Shown one piece after another: positions 17,257 through 24,970 of a DNA stretch of 59,376 bases (the stretch's first letter is position 1; each line of letters starts with the position of its first letter). The translations under genes were made by a program, and so were the position numbers. The stretch comes from an uncultured Methanosarcinales archaeon (lineage in GTDB: Archaea; Nanobdellota; Nanobdellia; Woesearchaeales; JACPBV01): positions 13,402-72,777 of the forward strand of contig CAZSRD010000002.1 of assembly GCA_964609455.1 (NCBI GenBank), in the 5' to 3' direction. The notes under the pieces were generated by a model. The model searched no databases. It had not been told where the DNA came from and saw nothing but the letters and a program-made list of their open reading frames with translations.

Positions 17257-18402
17257 TCAACTCTTACTTTTAGTTAACCACCCAAACTTATAACCCCTAT
17301 GTTGCTTTATAGCATTTTCCAATCTCTTTTGGTTTTCAGGGGATTTTTCTAACAAACCCAATTTTAATATTTTTAATAAGTAAGCCCAATTTACAAATAA
17401 TTCAAATATATACAAATTTTTATTTTTGATTTTCTTTATTTTTCCATTTATACCTAAACTTTCAAATAGTTTTCTATAATCACTTACAAACCCACCATTA
17501 CACTCAAAAACCCTTAAATAAGAATGTAAACACCCTTTTCTATCTCTTGTACTGTAAAAATTACCATCTCCTGCGAGCAAACCTTGCAAGAAATAGACAA
17601 TTAATTTTTTGTTTGATTTACTTCCAATCAAATACTTTCTCACTTCATTCATCATGCTATCTATAATCTCAGCTAAAAGAGAATTGGTTATCCAAATTCT
17701 TACCGTATACTCTTTAATCCTTTTTGCTTGTTTATCATTAATGTTTTCTGCTTTAATTCCTATAGAAATCAATTTATCTTCAACCTCAATTATTTTTTCA
17801 TAATTAAGTTGCGGATTATACCTTATAGTACATTTGCATAGATTCAAGTTAACTAGATATCCCCAATATTTTAGAAAATCTTCAATTAAACCCATATCTG
17901 CATTCGTAAAATTAATCTCTCTGCCTCTTCTTTTTCTTAATTTTACTTTTCCGCCTTCTGCTTGGTAATAGCCGAGCAATCTGAAAAATTCTAGAGGTAC
18001 AAATCTATTTATGGTTATATCGTTTGGCCTTCCTTTAGTTGAATACCATAACTTAATCTTATTTTCTTCCTCTAAAGCAAGGATATCAAAACCAGATAAG
18101 ATTTTTTCAGGAATGAATGATAACACATCTATTTTATTGTTCAAAATAAACTTCTTTGGCCTATAAATGTTTTTTAAGATTGAAAACTGGATTTTAGTAG
18201 GCTCATTTAGAATATTCCATCTCAATTCTTTTGGAATAAAAAACCTGCCTTCTTTAGTTAATTTAGTAATAAAACAAATGTCTCCAATTTTAATCTCTAT
18301 AAATTGATTGCCAATAGTCTTTTGAATACTTTTAGGTAACCAAATTCGATTATTTTTAATATTTACAATCAAATCAAATTTTTTATTATTTTTTAAATTC
18401 AT
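17257..18402 (-). CDS. Free-standing double-motif LAGLIDADG homing-endonuclease-like protein with N-terminal AbrB/SpoVT-like repeats
   Basis: LAGLIDADG motifs LLGYYQAEGGK and FLQGLLAGDGNF are about 110 aa apart. The N-terminus has two RIWLPKSIQKTIG / RFFIPKELRWNI swapped-hairpin-like motifs. The ORF looks very AT-rich by eye. Confidence 0.75.
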   Translation of the reverse strand: MNLKNNKKFDLIVNIKNNRIWLPKSIQKTIGNQFIEIKIGDICFITKLTKEGRFFIPKELRWNILNEPTKIQFSILKNIYRPKKFILNNKIDVLSFIPEKILSGFDILALEEENKIKLWYSTKGRPNDITINRFVPLEFFRLLGYYQAEGGKVKLRKRRGREINFTNADMGLIEDFLKYWGYLVNLNLCKCTIRYNPQLNYEKIIEVEDKLISIGIKAENINDKQAKRIKEYTVRIWITNSLLAEIIDSMMNEVRKYLIGSKSNKKLIVYFLQGLLAGDGNFYSTRDRKGCLHSYLRVFECNGGFVSDYRKLFESLGINGKIKKIKNKNLYIFELFVNWAYLLKILKLGLLEKSPENQKRLENAIKQHRGYKFGWLTKSKS

Positions 18403-18543
18403 CTTGAATCACCGAATTATTTCCTTGTTGAAACTATCTAAATGATTTTTAGCAAAGCAAAAATCATAATTTAATAGTTGAAATATCTTTTAGGTGATTT
18501 AAGGGAATAGAATATAAAAGATTATTGGTTCTACGAATAAAAA

Positions 18544-19623
18544 TTAGCGGGTTATCTTAAAAGCAGCAATTTCCTTAACTAAATTTTGTGCAGTTTTATT
18601 TTTTTCTAGTTTTTTTCTTATAGGGTCTAATAAATCATTCAGATATCTGCCAAAACTTTGTTTTAAATCCATTGGATGTAATTTTTTTTCTACAAATGTT
18701 TTCTCCAATTCCCTATAAGAACTAAATTCCAAATTACCACCCCATTTTTCAGGTCTTTCAATTTTAAATGTATCCAACTTTTCAAAAATTATGTATTTAC
18801 AGTATTCCAAAATTGGATTCTCTTGGGCAATCCCCTCTGGGCAATACGCTTTGTTTACTTTCCTTTTGATATCTTCTTCAGAATCTGTCATGAAAATAGC
18901 CATATCTGGTTTGCTTTTACTCATCTTTAGTTCAATAGCCCTATCTTCAGCAGGTAAATTCATTGCCGGTGGCTGGCCAAGCCCCATTAACATATGATGG
19001 CTTACCACAATAGGCTTCCAAAACCCGAGTTTTGGCCCAATTTCACGGGCTAAAACATTTACTTTCCTCTGATCCTTCCCAAGTTGAACGATATCAGATT
19101 TAAGATAAAAAATATCAGCACATTGCATGCATGGATATAATATCTGCGAAGCCTGCAATGCTTCGTTTTCTTTCCTTCCCATTATCTGGCTGCATCTTAC
19201 GATTCTATTAACTGTATTATTCCTCGCTATCTGCATTACCATTTTCCAATAATTATCGTCTTTAACAAAATCAGAAGCCCATAAAAACTCTACATTATCT
19301 AAATCCATATCACATGCTTTCCATACTTCTATCAAATATTTACCTACTTTTTGTATATGCTCTAAATTACCATCCATCTTGTTATTCGCCCAAGCATGCC
19401 AATCTGCAACAAGAATTTTAAATTTACAGCCAGCCTTAGTCATTTTATTGATATTTATCGCTCTAAGGAGCCCCTGTGCTATATGGATATTTGTCCCACT
19501 AGGCTCAAAACCATCATATGCTATTGGATTCTTCTTCTCACTAAGCAATTTCCTTAGCTCCTCCTCTGTTATAATCTCCTCCCCAACCTGTTTTATCAGT
19601 TCTAGACTCTTGTTTATATCCAT
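18544..19623 (-). CDS. tyrS: Tyrosyl-tRNA synthetase (archaeal/eukaryal type)
   Basis: AYDGFEPSGTNIHIAQG (HIGH-like), ILYPCMQCADIF, KMSKSKPD, RPEKWGGNLEF, LHPMDLK. Close to remembered M. jannaschii TyrRS. The start is taken at MDINK (ATG 19623). Confidence 0.9.
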   Translation of the reverse strand: MDINKSLELIKQVGEEIITEEELRKLLSEKKNPIAYDGFEPSGTNIHIAQGLLRAININKMTKAGCKFKILVADWHAWANNKMDGNLEHIQKVGKYLIEVWKACDMDLDNVEFLWASDFVKDDNYWKMVMQIARNNTVNRIVRCSQIMGRKENEALQASQILYPCMQCADIFYLKSDIVQLGKDQRKVNVLAREIGPKLGFWKPIVVSHHMLMGLGQPPAMNLPAEDRAIELKMSKSKPDMAIFMTDSEEDIKRKVNKAYCPEGIAQENPILEYCKYIIFEKLDTFKIERPEKWGGNLEFSSYRELEKTFVEKKLHPMDLKQSFGRYLNDLLDPIRKKLEKNKTAQNLVKEIAAFKITR

Positions 19624-19668
19624 TACAAAACAAAAAACCATATAAATATAAAAAACTTCCCATATTGG

Positions 19669-20526
19669 ATGATATCTGTAACAACTCTATGTTCATATAT
19701 GTACTGCCCAAGGAAGCTATTTCTTCAATACGTTCTTAAACTAACAGAGCCACCAAAGGAAGCGCTGATTAAAGGATCAATAAGGCATAAAGTATACGAA
19801 AACATAAATTTAGTAGAACAGGAGATTGTAAAAAGCATAAAAGAATTGCATACTTTGGAAGATCTGAAAGGTAAATATCACCAAAGATATAGAGAAATCC
19901 TATTAGATGTCATAAAACAGAAAAAAGAAGATCTAAAACAATTCAATATTCAGCCTCAAGACCTCTTCAAGCAAACTTGGCCTTTAATACTTGCAGAATC
20001 AGAAACAAGAGCCTCACTAATCCACAATTTTATTCTTAAAAATAATATTTTTGGAGAAGAGCTTTGGGAAAAGCTAACCCCTAAGATAGAATCAGAACTA
20101 AGGATAGAATCTAAAAATCTAGGCCTAAGAGGAATCATTGACCAAATTGAAGTATACCAAGTAGGATTTGTGCCAATCGAGCTTAAAACAGGTAAAACCC
20201 CAAAAGAAGGCGTTTGGCCCGGCCATAAAATCCAGCTAATAGCATATGCCTTATTATTAGAGGAAAAGTTCAAAACAGAGGTAAAGGAAGGTTTTGTACA
20301 CTATCTAGACTCTAAACAAAAGAGGCATATTCCCCTAAACCCATTTATGCGTCTTGAAGTCAAAGAATTAATCAAAAAAGTAAATTTCCTTCTAAACTCA
20401 GACAAAATACCAAATTTCGAAAAAAACCAGAATAAATGCATTAATTGTGGCTTAAAAGATGATTGTTATGACGAAAAAAAGCTAAAGACACTACTACAAA
20501 ATAAAAAACAAAAAGTTTATATATAA
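19669..20526 (+). CDS. Cas4-family PD-(D/E)xK exonuclease with 4-Cys cluster (stand-alone)
   Basis: N-terminal YCPRKLF Cys; IIDQIE...PIELKTGK (D..ExK); QLIAYALLLEE (QxxxY); C-terminal CINCGLKDDC (Cx2Cx5C). Confidence 0.75.
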   Translation: MISVTTLCSYMYCPRKLFLQYVLKLTEPPKEALIKGSIRHKVYENINLVEQEIVKSIKELHTLEDLKGKYHQRYREILLDVIKQKKEDLKQFNIQPQDLFKQTWPLILAESETRASLIHNFILKNNIFGEELWEKLTPKIESELRIESKNLGLRGIIDQIEVYQVGFVPIELKTGKTPKEGVWPGHKIQLIAYALLLEEKFKTEVKEGFVHYLDSKQKRHIPLNPFMRLEVKELIKKVNFLLNSDKIPNFEKNQNKCINCGLKDDCYDEKKLKTLLQNKKQKVYI

Positions 20527-20591
20527 CATAACCTAACTTCCGTATAGCAATATACATATTACTGTAATAAAAACCTTGAAGGGGGATTATA

Positions 20592-20855
20592 ATGGCTGAA
20601 GAAGATAAAAAATTTTCAAAACAATTGATTGGAAAAACAGTAGTTTCAAAAACAGGAAAGCGCTTTGGTGAAGTAGGCGACATCATCTTTGAGACTAGGT
20701 CAGGAGAACTAATCCACATAATTCTTAAAAACCCGACATCATACACAGAAAAGCTGGAATTAGAAAAAGACAAAGAAAATAATATATTAATCCCTTTCTC
20801 AGCAGTTATCGCAATGGGAGATTTCTTAGTAATAGCTGAAGAAGATATCATATAG
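20592..20855 (+). CDS. PRC-barrel domain protein
   Basis: LIGKTVVSKTGKRFGEVGDIIFETRSGELIHIIL ... LIPFSAVIAMGDFLVI. GGGGGAT SD. Confidence 0.6.
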   Translation: MAEEDKKFSKQLIGKTVVSKTGKRFGEVGDIIFETRSGELIHIILKNPTSYTEKLELEKDKENNILIPFSAVIAMGDFLVIAEEDII

Positions 20856-20896
20856 AAATAATTAACTTTTTAAACTAGCTTCCTTTCCATATTTCT

Positions 20897-21865
20897 ATGG
20901 CTGAAAAACAGGAGCACGCAATCTGGACTGAAAAATACAGGCCGCAAGATTTCTCAGAGATCAAAGGTCAAAAAGACATCGTAAATAGAGTAAAGGCATT
21001 TGTAGCGCAAAAAAATATGCCTCACCAGCTATACGCCGGCCCGGCAGGGGTAGGTAAATCCACCTTAGCAATAGTTGTGGCAAAAAAACTTTTTGGAGAA
21101 AGTTGGCGCCAAAACTTTATTGAATTAAACGCATCAGATGAAAGAGGCATAGATATAGTAAGGGTAAAAGTAAAGGATTTTGCAAGAACAAAAGCAATTG
21201 GCGACGTTCCTTTTAAAATAATATTCTTAGACGAATGTGATGCATTAACAAGAGAAGCGCAACAGGCATTAAGGAGGACTATGGAAAATTATACTAAGAC
21301 TTGCAGATTTTTGCTTTCGTGCAACTATTCTTCAAAAATTATTGACCCAATTCAATCAAGATGCGCAGTTTTTAGGTTCAAGCCGCTAGACGAAAAGGAC
21401 CTCCATCAGATTATTGACAGAATCACCAAAGAAGAGCACCTAAAAATATCAGAAGCAGCAAAAAAGGCTATCATTCAAGTATCAGAAGGGGACTGTAGGC
21501 GCCTGGAAAATGTAATGCAAAGCTGCACAGCAATTTCAAAAAATATTACTGAAGACCTGATATACAGTTTATCTTCAGTTGCAGAGCCAAAAGAAGTAGT
21601 AGAGATTCTAAATCTGGCTATAGATAACAAGTTTGTAGAGGCAAGAAAAAAATTATTAGATACAATGCTTAATTATGGCTTATCAGGGATAGATATAATA
21701 AAACAGATTCAAAAGCAGATATTAGACTTAGATCTAGACAACAAAACCAAAATGCTAATGGTAGAAAAATGCGGAGAAATCGAGTTTAGGTTAACAGAAG
21801 GCTCTGATGAATTTATTCAGCTAGAAACTTTGCTAGCTCAGTTCACATTGTCAAAAAAACAATAA
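20897..21865 (+). CDS. rfcS: Replication factor C small subunit
   Basis: WTEKYRP, GPAGVGKST (Walker A), IIFLDECDALT (DExD), SRC motif IDPIQSRCAVFRF. Confidence 0.92.
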   Translation: MAEKQEHAIWTEKYRPQDFSEIKGQKDIVNRVKAFVAQKNMPHQLYAGPAGVGKSTLAIVVAKKLFGESWRQNFIELNASDERGIDIVRVKVKDFARTKAIGDVPFKIIFLDECDALTREAQQALRRTMENYTKTCRFLLSCNYSSKIIDPIQSRCAVFRFKPLDEKDLHQIIDRITKEEHLKISEAAKKAIIQVSEGDCRRLENVMQSCTAISKNITEDLIYSLSSVAEPKEVVEILNLAIDNKFVEARKKLLDTMLNYGLSGIDIIKQIQKQILDLDLDNKTKMLMVEKCGEIEFRLTEGSDEFIQLETLLAQFTLSKKQ

Positions 21866-21881
21866 AAAATAAATAAGAAAA

Positions 21882-22811
21882 TCAGGTTGTGTGCTTGACC
21901 ATAACACTAACTTCTTCATGTTCTTTGTAATCATAGACTACCCTCATGTTTACCTTCTTTTCAAAGTCCTTTCCATCTATTGAGGGATCACTAGTATCCT
22001 GTGTGCATCTTAGCATCCTTTTCCCGCCATACAATGTGATATAGCCTGTAGTAGCAGTGCCATCACTCAAGCCAGAGCATTCTAAACCAGTTAAGCCAGT
22101 CTCAATCTCAACCCACATCTTGTTTTTGTCTATAGTATCATCACTGCAATCTGTCTCTTGCTTTGAAACTAATCCAGAGCCCCTATGCACAATTTCAAAG
22201 GAAAAAGTAACTTTATCAGTTCCTGCAATACTCTCTTCAAAATTTTCAATCTGAACAGGAGCAGATGAGCTATAAGAAGTTTTTCTCTCACTAACCTTAC
22301 AGACCTCATCCTTTGTTTTAGTTAGATCATCTAAAACACATAAATCAGCTTGTGCTACTGTCCCATAAACATAACACACATTAGCTCTTATCTTATACTC
22401 ATTATTAGCTGCAAGATTCCCCAAAAACTTAAATCCGGGGAATGTTACATAAGTCACTGTTCCAGGTATTACATTTCCTTCGCTATCAATATAAGATTTA
22501 TCCAAATCCTCATCCGGATTTTTTGTAATATTTGGGTTATTAAAATCAGGAGGATAAAAACCCACTAAATCAATAGTTATCTTATCTTTTGGAACATCAT
22601 ACTCTCCTTTGTTCTCCACATTAACCGCAACCTCAAAAGGATAGCTCCCGCCATCATAAACCTCTGCAGGGGGGCTTCCCTCAACAAGGTCAAACTTTAT
22701 AGCCTGTGTGCCACCAATAAAAGGCTTTGTAAAAGTTGTAGATACATCTTTTTCACATCCAGCTAAAATAAACAAGCTCACAACCAATAACACCATAATA
22801 ATATTTCTCAT
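21882..22811 (-). CDS. Secreted lipoprotein, paralog 1 of a cluster-specific Cys-containing ectodomain family
   Basis: MRNIIMVLLVVSLFILAGC lipobox; GGAGGA SD lies before the ATG at 22811 (the track start overlaps the upstream gene). Shared motifs: SPPAEVYDGG..FEVAVNVENKG, DLCVLDD..VCKV..SSAPVQIENFEE, and a C-terminal C..C pair plus VVYDY. Confidence 0.7.
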   Translation of the reverse strand: MRNIIMVLLVVSLFILAGCEKDVSTTFTKPFIGGTQAIKFDLVEGSPPAEVYDGGSYPFEVAVNVENKGEYDVPKDKITIDLVGFYPPDFNNPNITKNPDEDLDKSYIDSEGNVIPGTVTYVTFPGFKFLGNLAANNEYKIRANVCYVYGTVAQADLCVLDDLTKTKDEVCKVSERKTSYSSSAPVQIENFEESIAGTDKVTFSFEIVHRGSGLVSKQETDCSDDTIDKNKMWVEIETGLTGLECSGLSDGTATTGYITLYGGKRMLRCTQDTSDPSIDGKDFEKKVNMRVVYDYKEHEEVSVMVKHTT

Positions 22812-22836
22812 TTTACCATCCTCCATCTTTTTTTCA

Positions 22837-23817
22837 TTAGCTAAACGAGACTTCCTCAAAAATCTTTATACTTCTCTCAGCAGAAGTTGTATAACCATAA
22901 CTCAACTTGATATTTAACGCAGTTTCATATGCTTTCCCTTGCGCAATACTTTTATCCAATCTGCAGAAAATATAACCCTTACCGCCAATTAATTGTACAT
23001 CTTTATTTTGTGCAGGCCTGCATTCAGTCATAGGCACATCTCCAACAGCAATTTTCTCTATATGCACATTGTTCATGTCTCTCCAATCATAACCTTCATT
23101 AGGGTTATTGTCTATTGCCGATTCAGGAATAACTAAACCGCCGCCAACATTCTCAATATATATTTTAAACAGGAAATCATTGCTTGTAACACTCTCCTCA
23201 ACCTGGGTAACAGCAATAGGCGCTCCTTGGCTACCAACACTTATAGTGTCCTGTATACTGCAAACTTTTTCTCTTACTCTTGTGCTCCTTGGCTCTGGGT
23301 CAACACAAATAATTGGGTTGGCAATTGTATAATAAAAATAAGTTGCAGTAAAAATCAAGCTTGGACTGTAAACAGGCATTCCATCAGGCAGATCATTAAT
23401 ATTTAATTGGAACTCAACAGCACTATAACCACCATCTCTATTGTAAGGGCTTCTGCCCTCAAGCTCTTCTCCTTTTAAATCAACACCCTGGCCAATACTT
23501 GAACCTAGTTTAGGGTATATAGTTAAAATACCTTGATCATATCCTCCTACCCATAATTTGCCGTCAAAATCCCCTAATTCCTCATTCTGGGGGAAAGCGC
23601 CTTTATTTCTTACTTCAACAACAAACTTAACATTATTATCATTTTCATATAATTCAGTAGGTGCATCAGTAGGAAACTCTACTTTCAACCCCTCTGTACC
23701 AACTCTATAATTTACCTCAGACGGCTCATCGGTTCTTTTAATCCCGCATCCAGACAAAGCAAGAATTAAAACTATCAAAATAGCCATTAAAACTCTCTTT
23801 TTTTCCATTTTAATCAT
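22837..23817 (-). CDS. Secreted lipoprotein, paralog 2
   Basis: MIKMEKKRVLMAILIVLILALSGC lipobox. Motifs: APTELYEND..FVVEVRNKG, ICVDPEP..KVCSIQD..SQGAPIAVTQVEE, C..C, LSYGY. Confidence 0.7.
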   Translation of the reverse strand: MIKMEKKRVLMAILIVLILALSGCGIKRTDEPSEVNYRVGTEGLKVEFPTDAPTELYENDNNVKFVVEVRNKGAFPQNEELGDFDGKLWVGGYDQGILTIYPKLGSSIGQGVDLKGEELEGRSPYNRDGGYSAVEFQLNINDLPDGMPVYSPSLIFTATYFYYTIANPIICVDPEPRSTRVREKVCSIQDTISVGSQGAPIAVTQVEESVTSNDFLFKIYIENVGGGLVIPESAIDNNPNEGYDWRDMNNVHIEKIAVGDVPMTECRPAQNKDVQLIGGKGYIFCRLDKSIAQGKAYETALNIKLSYGYTTSAERSIKIFEEVSFS

Positions 23818-23854
23818 TTATTAATACCCCTTTATTATTTTTGTATATAAACTT

Positions 23855-23945
23855 TATGGTTTTTGTTTAAAAACCATAACGGTTTAGGAGTTTGTCAAAA
23901 ACCAAAGGTTTTTGAGCATGCTCAGAAATCGCTTTGTGATTTCTG
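23855..23945. repeat. Three consecutive short perfect hairpins in the paralog 3 / paralog 2 spacer
   Basis: tatggttttt-gttt-aaaaaccata (23855-23878, 10 bp). caaaaacc-aaa-ggtttttg (23896-23914, 8 bp). cagaaatc-gctttgt-gatttctg (23923-23945, 8 bp). Confidence 0.8.
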
Positions 23946-23983
23946 ACATATTCCCAAAACTTTGTGGTTTGCTAAATCAACTG

Positions 23984-24970
23984 TTATTTCCCTAACTTCT
24001 TTATCTTAACCTCCTTCCACCCGGTTTTAGTATAGCCATAATCCAAAGTAATGTAAAGTGGTGCAGAAAACGTCCCCATATTCTCATCAAAACCTTCTTC
24101 ATAAGAGCACACTATTGTCCCTTTATTTTCTTCTAAGGTAACAATGCCGCCATTACTGCATTTTAACATATTCTTTCCATCCTCATTTGATAATCGAGCC
24201 ACCACTTTAATTTTATCGCGTATTACTGTTTTAGAACAAGAATCCTTTATATCAACATCATCCTTAACTACAATACCTTGGTCTAAATTCTGGACTAGAA
24301 TTGTAAACCTAGGGATAACTTTAGAAGAGCTTCCACCAATCGGAATCATCTCGCTCTCTATTTTAGTAACAGCGACAGGCGCCCCTTGTGAATCTAAATT
24401 CAAGTTCTCTACTTTACAAGATTTATCCCTTACTTTTTGTTCAGAACCCGCATCTATACAAACAGTCTCTCCAACTATTGTTTGGTATTTATGGCAGTAA
24501 GTTACCTTGACCTTAACTGGAAGCTCTTTAGCAGTTGGGGATATAACACTTAATTTCTCAGTCTTAAAATTAAATGTCAAAATTTCACTTCCCCCTTCTT
24601 GAAACTCTGCATTTTTTCCATTCAAATCAAATTTTATCATACCATCATCTGTAAATGAAAGCCCTTTAGGAATCAATGAATCCTGATCTAGTTTCAAAAT
24701 CTGATTATTATCAGTCCATACCAGCAAATAGCCATTCTTAATATCAGAAGCTCCTTTATTGAATAATCTAATCCCTACTGGCAATATTCCGTTCTCATAA
24801 ACCTCATCAGGAGGGGCATTTTCAAAAAATTTCCAGGTTAACCCTTCTTTTCCTTTATATATTTTTTCAGTTGTAACCGAAGCAGCGTCATTACTGCTTT
24901 TTCCTAAGAAACCTCCGCTGCATCCTGAAATCAGGAGCAAAACAGTTAGTGCTAAAATTATCGTTTTCAT
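23984..24970 (-). CDS. Secreted lipoprotein, paralog 3
   Basis: MKTIILALTVLLLISGC lipobox. Motifs: APPDEVYENG..GIRLFNKG, VCIDAGS..KSCKVEN..SQGAPVAVTKIES, C..C, LDYGY. ATGA overlap with the upstream 821-aa gene. Confidence 0.7.
   Translation of the reverse strand: MKTIILALTVLLLISGCSGGFLGKSSNDAASVTTEKIYKGKEGLTWKFFENAPPDEVYENGILPVGIRLFNKGASDIKNGYLLVWTDNNQILKLDQDSLIPKGLSFTDDGMIKFDLNGKNAEFQEGGSEILTFNFKTEKLSVISPTAKELPVKVKVTYCHKYQTIVGETVCIDAGSEQKVRDKSCKVENLNLDSQGAPVAVTKIESEMIPIGGSSSKVIPRFTILVQNLDQGIVVKDDVDIKDSCSKTVIRDKIKVVARLSNEDGKNMLKCSNGGIVTLEENKGTIVCSYEEGFDENMGTFSAPLYITLDYGYTKTGWKEVKIKKLGK

Noticed and set aside
23914-23923. Palindrome gagcatgctc
   Set aside because: A 10-bp palindrome with no loop is expected by chance at this scale, and it adds nothing beyond the flanking hairpins.
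23855-23945. Hairpin clusters as a CRISPR array or MITE copies
   Set aside because: The hairpins differ in sequence and are not separated by regular spacers. They lack terminal inverted repeats and target-site duplications, and no cas genes other than a solo cas4-like gene are present.
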